Positions 17,645-25,128 of a stretch of DNA of 25,903 bases are shown here, piece after piece (position 1 is the first letter of the stretch; every line of letters starts with the position of its first letter). This DNA is from Bdellovibrionales bacterium (GTDB lineage: Bacteria; Bdellovibrionota; UBA1018), in the NCBI GenBank assembly GCA_043785205.1, contig JAYVXM010000029.1:1-25903 (forward strand), written 5' to 3'. The notes beneath the pieces are model-generated. The model was not told the DNA's origin, made no database searches, and saw only the letters and a program-made list of their open reading frames with translations. Both the position numbers and the translations under genes were made by a program.

Positions 17645-18709
17645 ATGGCTCGTTTCAATTTCAATCTCGGTTTTTTTGGATCCGGCGGCGAGCGAATCGC
17701 GCTCGGTCTTCTCCTGGCCGCACTCCTGATCGAGAGCGCCCCTACCCACGCGGCCGGCCGGCCGGTCATGGGCAAGCCGGCGATCCTGAAGAAGGTCCAA
17801 CGCGACTACTGCACCCGACTTTTCGAAAGAGAGTGGGTCGCCGCCATCGGAAAAATGGGCGAGCCCGTCTCGAAGAACGGATTCAAATTCGGCGTCGGGA
17901 CGAAGATGGCCGTGAAGGTCGATACCGGCAAAGCGGCCGAAGGGGTCTTTCTCGGCCGGCTCGTCGACGTCGAATATAAAACAACGGGCTATCTCTTCGA
18001 AGATATCGGAGAGATGAAAAATTACGTGATCGATCCGGAGCGAACGAAGATCCTATTCGGAGGTAAAGTCGTTCCCGATTCCGCGATGCAGCCGATCGTC
18101 GAAACCGTCGAGCAACGGGGAGATACCTGCGCCACCTACAGCGTCGAAAACTATTTTTCCCAGCTCCTCGCCGCCAAGCGGGAAGGAAACGGCGAACTTC
18201 GGAAGGCGCTCGAAGGCGCTCTCGGCCACGCCGATATTCGGCAAATCGCCGACGACTATTACCTGAAAACGCGGGGTGGCGCGAACTTCGATCCGGTCTT
18301 CAAGGAGATCGGCGATAAATACGGATACGCCTGCAAAACGATCAAGTTCGCGAACGCCGCCCAGTTCACGTCCCGGGTTTCGGCCGCGATCGCGGGCGGC
18401 GTGCCCGTTCTCCTCGAGTTCTACATCGGAAAGAACATGGTGAAGGCCGAAGACCAGTGGGTGAATACGCTCGCGAAGACCGGCGAGGATCGTCGCTTCT
18501 GGCCACCGCGCGCGCTCGGCGACCGGAGCGGCGGCGGACACGCACTCGTCGCGGTCGAAACCTTCCAATCCGGAAGCGATCGGCTGAAGCTCCTGATCTC
18601 GGATTCGGATTGGAACAAGCGTCCGATCAGCTGGGACTACGAGAAGTATTTCGAATCCCGCGCGAAATCGAGCGGTATGATCGCCCATTTCTGCGAGAAC
18701 GCGAAATAG
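17645..18709 (+). CDS. Secreted papain-fold (C1/C39-like) cysteine peptidase candidate (354 aa)
   Basis: Hydrophobic signal ending THA; EQRGDTCATYS (Gln...Cys), GVPVLL, GGHALVAV (His), LISDSDW (Asp where papain has Asn). Start ATG 17645 preferred. Confidence 0.7.
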   Translation: MARFNFNLGFFGSGGERIALGLLLAALLIESAPTHAAGRPVMGKPAILKKVQRDYCTRLFEREWVAAIGKMGEPVSKNGFKFGVGTKMAVKVDTGKAAEGVFLGRLVDVEYKTTGYLFEDIGEMKNYVIDPERTKILFGGKVVPDSAMQPIVETVEQRGDTCATYSVENYFSQLLAAKREGNGELRKALEGALGHADIRQIADDYYLKTRGGANFDPVFKEIGDKYGYACKTIKFANAAQFTSRVSAAIAGGVPVLLEFYIGKNMVKAEDQWVNTLAKTGEDRRFWPPRALGDRSGGGHALVAVETFQSGSDRLKLLISDSDWNKRPISWDYEKYFESRAKSSGMIAHFCENAK

Positions 18710-18740
18710 CCGGCGCTCATGGGTCGCATCGGTCGTGCAC

Positions 18741-19481
18741 CTATTGAAAAATGAATTCGATCCTCGGGGCTTCCGACGAAGGCGCGCGTCCCTCTTCGGC
18801 TCCGAGCTTTTTCCGACGCATCGTCGTCGAGATCCGTTCGTCTTCAACGAGCTTGTGGTCGACGAGGAAGCGCGCGACGGCGACGGTGCGCGCAACCTGA
18901 AAATCGTAGTTACCGGTTTCGGTCGTACCCCAAGCGCCGCGGATCGTGAGTTTTCCGCGCTCCTGGTTCTTCGCGAGCTTGCCGATCTTTTGGAAGATTT
19001 TCTCGATGCCGACCTGCCATTGGTCGGTCGTGCCGGGCTGGAAGAGATCGCTCTCGAGAACCGAGAAGCGCATGACTTCGACCATCACTTTATCGCCCGA
19101 GCTCGCGAGTTTCGCGACGGCGTCCGAAGCGTCTTCGGCCTGGGTGTTTCCTTCGAGGACGGGCTTCGAAGGCTTTTGGACGAGATCTTCGGGCACTTCG
19201 CCTTCGGCGCCTTTGAGTACGCTTTCACCCGCGCCGGTCTTGTCGCCAAGGGGAACGTTTTCTTTACTCGAAAGATCCACCCGAAGGGCGGAGGTCGGAT
19301 TATTGAAATAATTCGCGATCGCGGCCTTCACTTCTTCGTCGGAACCCATAAGCCACATCACGAGGAAGAAGCACATCAGGGCGGTCATGAAGTCGGCAAG
19401 CGCCACCTTCCACGCTCCGCCGTGCGCTCCGGCGTGACCGCCTTTTTTCTTCCTGATGATGATGGGTTGCTTCTCAGCCAC
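18741..19481 (-). CDS. motB: Flagellar-type stator protein MotB, degenerate OmpA-like domain (246 aa)
   Basis: IIIRKKKGGHAGAHGGAWKVALADFMTALMCFFLVMWL with the conducting Asp; GTG start after AAAAGGA. Confidence 0.92.
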   Translation of the reverse strand: MAEKQPIIIRKKKGGHAGAHGGAWKVALADFMTALMCFFLVMWLMGSDEEVKAAIANYFNNPTSALRVDLSSKENVPLGDKTGAGESVLKGAEGEVPEDLVQKPSKPVLEGNTQAEDASDAVAKLASSGDKVMVEVMRFSVLESDLFQPGTTDQWQVGIEKIFQKIGKLAKNQERGKLTIRGAWGTTETGNYDFQVARTVAVARFLVDHKLVEDERISTTMRRKKLGAEEGRAPSSEAPRIEFIFQ

Positions 19482-19539
19482 GAGGATTCCTTTTTATTTC
19501 AGACCGCACACTTCAATAAATCCGGACGGGAACGATCGC

Positions 19540-20418
19540 CTACGCCGCGGCGGCCGCGCTGCCACCCTTACCGACGCTCGACGTTGCCCGATCGACTTCG
19601 TCGAAGGTCGGACGACAGTCGGGCGGGATGGAACGGCGAGCAAACTCGACGCACACCTTCGGCGAACAATCCTTCGCGAACGCGATGAGGGCCGCTTTGA
19701 TCGTGTTGAACATCGCGCTCGAATCCGCGATCTGGCCCTCCATTTTTCCGGCGAGCGGTTGGATATAACCGTATGAGATCAGAATCCCGAGGAACGTTCC
19801 GACGAGGGCGGCGGCGACGGAGTGACCGATGACTTCCTTGCCCATGGAGAGCTTACCCATGGTTTGGACGACCCCGAGCACGGCGGCGACGATTCCGAGA
19901 CCCGGCATCGCGTCCCCGACCTTCGCGACCTGGGCGGGCGCGCGGAACTCGGCGCTATGAATCGCTTCCATGTCTTTTTCCATGAGATCTTCGAGGTCGT
20001 ACGGGGACATCGGCGCGGAGATCTGAACCTTCAGAGTATCGCAGAGGAAGTGAAGCGCGTGATGGTTCGCGACGACCGCGGGGTAGCGCTTGAAAATTTC
20101 AGAGGCTTCCGGCTTTTCGACATGGGCTTCGAGCGAAAGCGGGTTTCCCTTCGCGGTCTTGATGATCTCGTAAAGGAGGAGGAGGGTTTGGGTGTATTCT
20201 TCCTTCGTGGTCTTCTTGCCCTTCAGAGCGGCGAGGACCTGGTGAAGGATTTCTTTTAGAAGGGCCGGTTCGGCGGAAATGAGGAGACCGCCGCCGGCGG
20301 CGCCGCAGATGATGATGAGTTCGATCGGCTGCCAAAGAACCATGAGGTTCCCGCCATGGAACCAATAGGCTCCAAAGACGCAGACCGAGACGAACATTCC
20401 GCCAACGATGACTAACAT
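19540..20418 (-). CDS. motA: Flagellar-type stator protein MotA (292 aa)
   Basis: WQPIELIII, SEIFKRYP, FLCDTL, GDAMPGLGIVAAVLGVV, ALVGTFLGILISYG, VEFARRSI motifs of enterobacterial-type MotA. Confidence 0.95.
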   Translation of the reverse strand: MLVIVGGMFVSVCVFGAYWFHGGNLMVLWQPIELIIICGAAGGGLLISAEPALLKEILHQVLAALKGKKTTKEEYTQTLLLLYEIIKTAKGNPLSLEAHVEKPEASEIFKRYPAVVANHHALHFLCDTLKVQISAPMSPYDLEDLMEKDMEAIHSAEFRAPAQVAKVGDAMPGLGIVAAVLGVVQTMGKLSMGKEVIGHSVAAALVGTFLGILISYGYIQPLAGKMEGQIADSSAMFNTIKAALIAFAKDCSPKVCVEFARRSIPPDCRPTFDEVDRATSSVGKGGSAAAAA

Positions 20419-20506
20419 AGAGGTGGACCTTCAGCCTTCCTGGGAAACTCTTCTTCAGTATGCTTTTCGAACCGGACCGACTAAAAGTTGAGCGGTATAC
20501 ACGGTT

Positions 20507-20536
20507 TTTACACCCCCTGCGTTAAATCCATAAAAT
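20507..20536 (+). promoter_or_regulatory. Sigma70-type promoter candidate for the trypsin-like protease
   Basis: TTTACA-N18-TAAAAT; the -10 overlaps an imperfect inverted repeat AATCCATA-N5-TATGGGTT. Confidence 0.4.
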
Positions 20537-20560
20537 ATATGGGTTTTTTACTTGAGAGCC

Positions 20561-20657
20561 GTCGGGGAACCCCGCCGGACCTTAACAGTTAGGACCGAGC
20601 GGAGGGGGTTCGCCATTGACCGAAAGCACCCCTCCCAGATAGGGGTTTCAGACCGAC
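20561..20657 (+). other. Structured putative cis-regulatory leader RNA (family not identified)
   Basis: Nested stems GTCGG/CCGAC, GAACCCC/GGGGTTC, ACCCCT/AGGGGT, plus a competing GGAGGGG/CCCCTCC helix, in the leader of the protease gene. Confidence 0.4.
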
Positions 20658-20683
20658 ATCGTCCAACCGGGGGGAACCGACGA

Positions 20684-21634
20684 GTGCGCACTTTCTTCCT
20701 TTTAGGGTCCTTGCTCTTCGAACTGAATATTGTGTGGGCGGCGGAAGGCTTCTATCGTCCCGACCAACTCGGAACCGACCGGGCGTTTCTCGAAAATGCC
20801 CAAGCGGTGACCGTCCTCTTCGACGGACGGGGGGATGATGGCGTCTACCGCCCGTTCGCGAACGGATTCTTCATTTCCCGCGCCGGCCACATCCTGACGA
20901 ACCATCACGTCGGGACGAATTGCGGAGGGCGAAATCCCTCCGCCGACTGGCGCGATCTCTCCCGCCCGCGCGAATACGCCGCGGGATCCGGTTTCGGATG
21001 CCTCGACTTCCGCGCGCGCGTTTTTCCCAACACGAGCCGAGAAAAAGTCCTCGATCTCGAAATGGTCGCCCGGCCCGATCAGGCGACGCTCGATCGCGGC
21101 GGCGACTTCATCGTCCTTCGAGCGAAAAACTACGTTCCCGCCGCCTACGTCGGAATCGCGAACACCCGGGACTTTCCGCTCGGCACGTCCTATTACATGA
21201 TCGGTTATCCACCGACGACGACGCGCGGGAACTCCTCCGTCCTCATCCGGCAGGGCGCCTACTCGGACATCGCGGTTCGCGGCGAGTATCGGGTCGCCTT
21301 GGGTGAAACCGTGGCGGCCCCTCCCGACTACTTGAACGCCGCGAACCCCGTTCCCTACTTCGTCGGCGACGCGGACGGCGCGCCGGGCACGAGCGGATCG
21401 CTGATCATCTCCCATGCGGGAAACTTCCTCGGCTTCGTACAGGGCGCGGCGGATCGGCGCGGACTCCCGAATAGTCCGCTCTGCATTCGCGACGGCGTTC
21501 CGGCGGGAATGGATCATTTTTATTGCGGTGGCCTGATCAATTATCAACGCGCGACGTGGATCCTCGACCGCCTGGGCGAACTTTTCCCGAACACGGTCCA
21601 GGCCGTTTCGCGGGCGAACCTCACGAACCGGTGA
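20684..21634 (+). CDS. Secreted trypsin-like (S1/Trypsin_2) serine peptidase (316 aa)
   Basis: GFFISRAGHILTNHHV (His), GDFIVLR (Asp), APGTSGS (Ser); GTG 20684 after GGGGGGA gives a signal-peptide N-terminus. Confidence 0.88.
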   Translation: MRTFFLLGSLLFELNIVWAAEGFYRPDQLGTDRAFLENAQAVTVLFDGRGDDGVYRPFANGFFISRAGHILTNHHVGTNCGGRNPSADWRDLSRPREYAAGSGFGCLDFRARVFPNTSREKVLDLEMVARPDQATLDRGGDFIVLRAKNYVPAAYVGIANTRDFPLGTSYYMIGYPPTTTRGNSSVLIRQGAYSDIAVRGEYRVALGETVAAPPDYLNAANPVPYFVGDADGAPGTSGSLIISHAGNFLGFVQGAADRRGLPNSPLCIRDGVPAGMDHFYCGGLINYQRATWILDRLGELFPNTVQAVSRANLTNR

Positions 21635-22529
21635 ATCCCGGAGCCACCCGCGTTCCCATTCTCACGAGTCCGCCGACGAACTTGGAATTCCGATTCTCCG
21701 GTTCGTTCTTTCGTTTCACGAGATAGACGTCGGTATGACAGGCGGTGCCCGGCTTCGGCGTCGAGTGCCGGACGAGCGAATATTCCGGGCGATACCTTCG
21801 ATTGTGAAGCTGGATGATGAAGGTCGGAAAGTAGCCGCCGCAAAGTCCTTGCCGGCAGAGTTCGAGCGCGCTCTCCATGAGGGTAACTTCGTGGGCGACC
21901 TTGCGGGTGAAAGCCCGGTTCGGCCATCCGTCGAGCCCCTGGTGGCGCGTCGGCGCTCCCTGAAGCGGCATGACCGGGACGACGTAGGGAAGATCCTCCG
22001 GAGGAAGGCGTTCGAAGGAACCGCGCTTCCGAAAAGTTCCCATCTCGATCCGGGAGATTTTCAAGTGTTCGACTTCGGGGAAGGCGACCGGGATGTAAGT
22101 GATTCCGAAATCGGCCTTTCCGCACGCTACCGCTTGCTCGAGCGATCCGGGCAGCGTTTCGTGGAGGACGATTTTCTTATCCATCCCCTTCTGAGATTCG
22201 AGCACTTGAAGGAAATAGGTCGAGAACACCTCGAAGGTGGCGAGCACGATCGGCGATTCTCGTTTTCGTTCCGACATGCCCGCGACCGTTTTTTTCAGCC
22301 TCTCGAGCTCGTCGATAATCCGTTCCGACTCCTCCGAAAAATGCCGACCCTCCGGAGTGAGCTTCAATCCGCGCCCGACCGGGACGAGGAGTTGGACGCC
22401 GAGTTCGTCCTGAAGCTGGTGAAAGATCTTCGACACGGCCGACGGAGTGAGGTTCGCGATTTCCGCCGCTCCGCGAATACTTTCCGTTTTCGCGATGGCG
22501 AGAAAAACCTTGAGTTTCGATGTTTCCAT
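21621..22529 (-). CDS. LysR family transcriptional regulator (302 aa)
   Basis: N-terminal HTH LKVFLAIAKTESIRGAAEIANLTPSAVSK...LQDELGVQLL...GRGLKLTPEG; effector domain with ADFGI; divergent from the HDO gene. Confidence 0.93.
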   Translation of the reverse strand: METSKLKVFLAIAKTESIRGAAEIANLTPSAVSKIFHQLQDELGVQLLVPVGRGLKLTPEGRHFSEESERIIDELERLKKTVAGMSERKRESPIVLATFEVFSTYFLQVLESQKGMDKKIVLHETLPGSLEQAVACGKADFGITYIPVAFPEVEHLKISRIEMGTFRKRGSFERLPPEDLPYVVPVMPLQGAPTRHQGLDGWPNRAFTRKVAHEVTLMESALELCRQGLCGGYFPTFIIQLHNRRYRPEYSLVRHSTPKPGTACHTDVYLVKRKNEPENRNSKFVGGLVRMGTRVAPGFTGS

Positions 22530-22613
22530 TTACGACACGAATGTAATCCTTAATTCGATTTTATTCAACTATAGGAACTGGCATCTCCGGTCCTGAGAAA
22601 AGAGGTCCCCGTC

Positions 22614-23327
22614 ATGCAGCTCCAAACGCGATCCGAAGCCGTCTCTCCTGAACTCGATCTGGCGACCGTCCGCGCCGCGGTCGATTTTTACCGTCTCCAA
22701 ATGCGCGATCATGCGCTGAAGGCGGTCTTCCACTCCCCGACCGTTTCGAAAGCCCTCCTCCTTGAGTACGCCGGGCTCCAGTACGTGGACAGCGTCCTCT
22801 GGGTTCCCATGCTCGCCCTGATGAAGGATCGGACGCGGAATCCCCGCCTCCGGCGCGCCCTCACGGAAAACATCCTTTGCGAGGCCGGCGCGAACCATAC
22901 TTCCCACGTCACGCTCTGCATGCAATTCGTTCGCAGCATCGGCGTCGTGCCCTTTTTCGGCGCCTTCGACCGCTATAGCGCGCTCGCGAACCATCCCGTC
23001 GAAATGATGAACGCCGTGAGCGGCATGTCCGAGGCCCAGATCTCCGGGTGGGCGCTCGTCGCCGAAGCCATCGTGCCGGATCTTTTCCGAATGGCCCTAC
23101 CCGGCTTCCGCCGCCTCCCCGGCGTGGACCTCACCTACCTCGAGGAACACATCGTGGTCGACGCCGACGAGCACGCGACGTGGATGTTCGAAGCGGCGGG
23201 AGAATTACTGGCCGAAGGGGTTTGCGTCGACGAGATTCTGAATGGTATTCACTTGGGCGGCAGAACCGCGCTGAGCGTGCCGGACGCGCTCTATGCGAAA
23301 TTCCTTCGGGGCGAGTACGATGGCTGA
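22614..23327 (+). CDS. Heme-oxygenase-like diiron oxidase (HDO; CADD/PqqC/TenA-fold, iron-containing redox enzyme) (237 aa)
   Basis: Predicted helical; ENILCEAGANHTSH (E...H), LVAEAIVP (E), YLEEHIVVDADEH (H-x3-D-x3-H) match the six-ligand diiron pattern; SD AGAGG. Confidence 0.8.
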   Translation: MQLQTRSEAVSPELDLATVRAAVDFYRLQMRDHALKAVFHSPTVSKALLLEYAGLQYVDSVLWVPMLALMKDRTRNPRLRRALTENILCEAGANHTSHVTLCMQFVRSIGVVPFFGAFDRYSALANHPVEMMNAVSGMSEAQISGWALVAEAIVPDLFRMALPGFRRLPGVDLTYLEEHIVVDADEHATWMFEAAGELLAEGVCVDEILNGIHLGGRTALSVPDALYAKFLRGEYDG

Positions 23328-24105
23328 TTATATTCACGGTTTCGACGAACAGGAACGACGGCGTTTATTGCGGCAGGGGGAATTCCTCGCGCCGCTGATT
23401 TACTCCGACGTGGATTTCACGAAGTGCAAATCCATCCTCGAGGTCGGCTCCGGAGTGGGCGCACAAACCCTCCAACTCCTAAAACGGTTTCCGAAAGCTC
23501 ACATTACCTGCGTCGAGCTTTCGGAAACCCAACTCGAAACGGCGCGGCGGGTCCTCCGCACGCCGATTCGGCAGGGACGCGTGACGCTGGTTCAGGGATC
23601 GGCCGAAGCGCTTCCCTTCCGATCCGGGTCGTTCGACGCCGCGTTCGTCTGCTGGCTTCTCGAACACGTGTCGAATCCCGGAAAGGTACTCGCGCAGGTC
23701 GCGCGGGTCCTGAGAAAGAACGGGACGCTCTGCGCCCGCGAGGTTTTCAATCAACTCTGGTACGCCTATCCAGCGAGCCGGACCCTCGACCGGCATTGGC
23801 GGACGTTCAATACGAACCAGCTCCGGATGGGCGGCGATCCGTTCGTTGGCGTTCGCCTCGGAACGCTCCTCGAGAAAAACGGATTCCGGAAGATCGAAAT
23901 CGAGTTCCGTACCCAGGTCGTCGACTCGCGCGACCGGGTTCGGAAACGCGAGATGATGGCGTACTGGCGGGATCTCTTCCTGAGCGGGAATACCGCTTCG
24001 GCTTCCGCGCGAAAGAAAATCCGGCAGGAGTTCGCCCGGATCAGCGCCGATCCGGGCGGCGGGATGTTTTTCGGATTCACGGCGGCCCACGCCGCCCGTA
24101 AGTGA
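23320..24105 (+). CDS. Class I SAM-dependent methyltransferase (261 aa)
   Basis: ILEVGSGVG motif I, CVELS, GSAEALPF...SFDAAF, LLEHV; ATG 23320 overlaps the HDO stop by 8 nt (ATGGCTGA). Confidence 0.93.
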   Translation: MADYIHGFDEQERRRLLRQGEFLAPLIYSDVDFTKCKSILEVGSGVGAQTLQLLKRFPKAHITCVELSETQLETARRVLRTPIRQGRVTLVQGSAEALPFRSGSFDAAFVCWLLEHVSNPGKVLAQVARVLRKNGTLCAREVFNQLWYAYPASRTLDRHWRTFNTNQLRMGGDPFVGVRLGTLLEKNGFRKIEIEFRTQVVDSRDRVRKREMMAYWRDLFLSGNTASASARKKIRQEFARISADPGGGMFFGFTAAHAARK

Positions 24106-24116
24106 ATCGCCGCTCT

Positions 24117-25049
24117 TTAAAACCAGAGCGCGACGAGCGTCGGGATGTAAAAGAGCGCGAAGATCGTCGAGAGGAGAACGGCGATGCCCGCTTTCTCCGG
24201 CTCCGTCTTGAGCAGCGTCGCGTACGCGACCGTATTCGCGGCCAGCGGACAGGCCGCGATCAGGAGCATCATCTGGTGGGTCCGCTCGTCGAAGATCCCG
24301 AAGCGTCCGCGATCGAGGACGATGAAGAGTCCGACCGCCGCCGGCCAGACCGCGAACTTTCCGACGAAGGTCGCGAGCGTAAAACGCCAGTCGAAGCGAA
24401 ACGTCCGCACCTCGGCCACGCCGAGCCCGATCAGCATCACGCCGAGAACGGAATAGGCGCCGCGGAAGTAGCCGGAAAAATCCGCGGCGACGCCCTCGAT
24501 CTTCAGCCCGAGGCGATTCGCGACGAGCGCGGCGGCGAACGCGTAGAGCGCGGGTAACCGGGCAAGGCGACGGAGGGCTTCCGGCATCGTCGCCGTTCCC
24601 CGCGCGAGGATGTAGAAGCCGACCGTGTTTTCGTAAAGAATGAATCCGAGACAGAAAAGAAGGTAGAGTCCCACCGAGCCCGAACCGAAGAGGATGAGCG
24701 CGATCGGCACGCCGAAATATCCGGTGTTCGCGTTCCCGGCCGAAAACGCGAGCAGGTTACCCGTCGCGCCGCGAATGCCGAACGCGGCCCCGAAGCGATG
24801 GGCGATCGCCAAGAATCCGACGGCGATCGCGGAGCAGAGCAGCCCGAAGCCGAGAGGAACCGCTAAATACTCGGCCTTCAATTCGATTTGGCTGACGTTC
24901 GTGAAGACGACGATCGGGGCGATCACGAAAATCACGAGCTTGGCGACGGAATCACGCTCAATCTTCAGCTTCCGGCCGGCGAAGAAGCCCGTCGCGACGA
25001 TGAAATAAAGCGGGATCAGACGAACGACGAGGCTTCGGAAAATTTCCAT
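24117..25049 (-). CDS. AEC (auxin efflux carrier/malate-malonate permease) family transporter (310 aa)
   Basis: About 10 hydrophobic segments; SAGNANTGYFGVPI and ACPLAANT motifs of the AEC family. Confidence 0.88.
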   Translation of the reverse strand: MEIFRSLVVRLIPLYFIVATGFFAGRKLKIERDSVAKLVIFVIAPIVVFTNVSQIELKAEYLAVPLGFGLLCSAIAVGFLAIAHRFGAAFGIRGATGNLLAFSAGNANTGYFGVPIALILFGSGSVGLYLLFCLGFILYENTVGFYILARGTATMPEALRRLARLPALYAFAAALVANRLGLKIEGVAADFSGYFRGAYSVLGVMLIGLGVAEVRTFRFDWRFTLATFVGKFAVWPAAVGLFIVLDRGRFGIFDERTHQMMLLIAACPLAANTVAYATLLKTEPEKAGIAVLLSTIFALFYIPTLVALWF

Positions 25050-25128
25050 CGGTGGTCCCAGAATAGGACAGGATTTCCGGAGCGTGCTAGCCTTAAATCA
25101 ATTGGTCCCCCGTCCCGGAGATTCACGG

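Noticed and set aside
20598-20636. Resemblance to a fluoride (crcB) riboswitch (GTTCGCCAT..ACCG)
   Set aside because: The conserved GCTRATGAC segment is absent and no fluoride-related gene follows.
20541-20683. c-di-GMP-I (GEMM) or Moco riboswitch on either strand
   Set aside because: Fragments such as GGCGAACC and CCTAA occur on the minus strand, but the GAAA tetraloop/receptor and GCAAA junction or the Moco 3' half are missing.
20552-20683. 44-codon N-terminal extension of the trypsin-like protease from TTG 20552
   Set aside because: No SD, Arg/Pro-rich and would bury the signal peptide; GTG 20684 has an SD.
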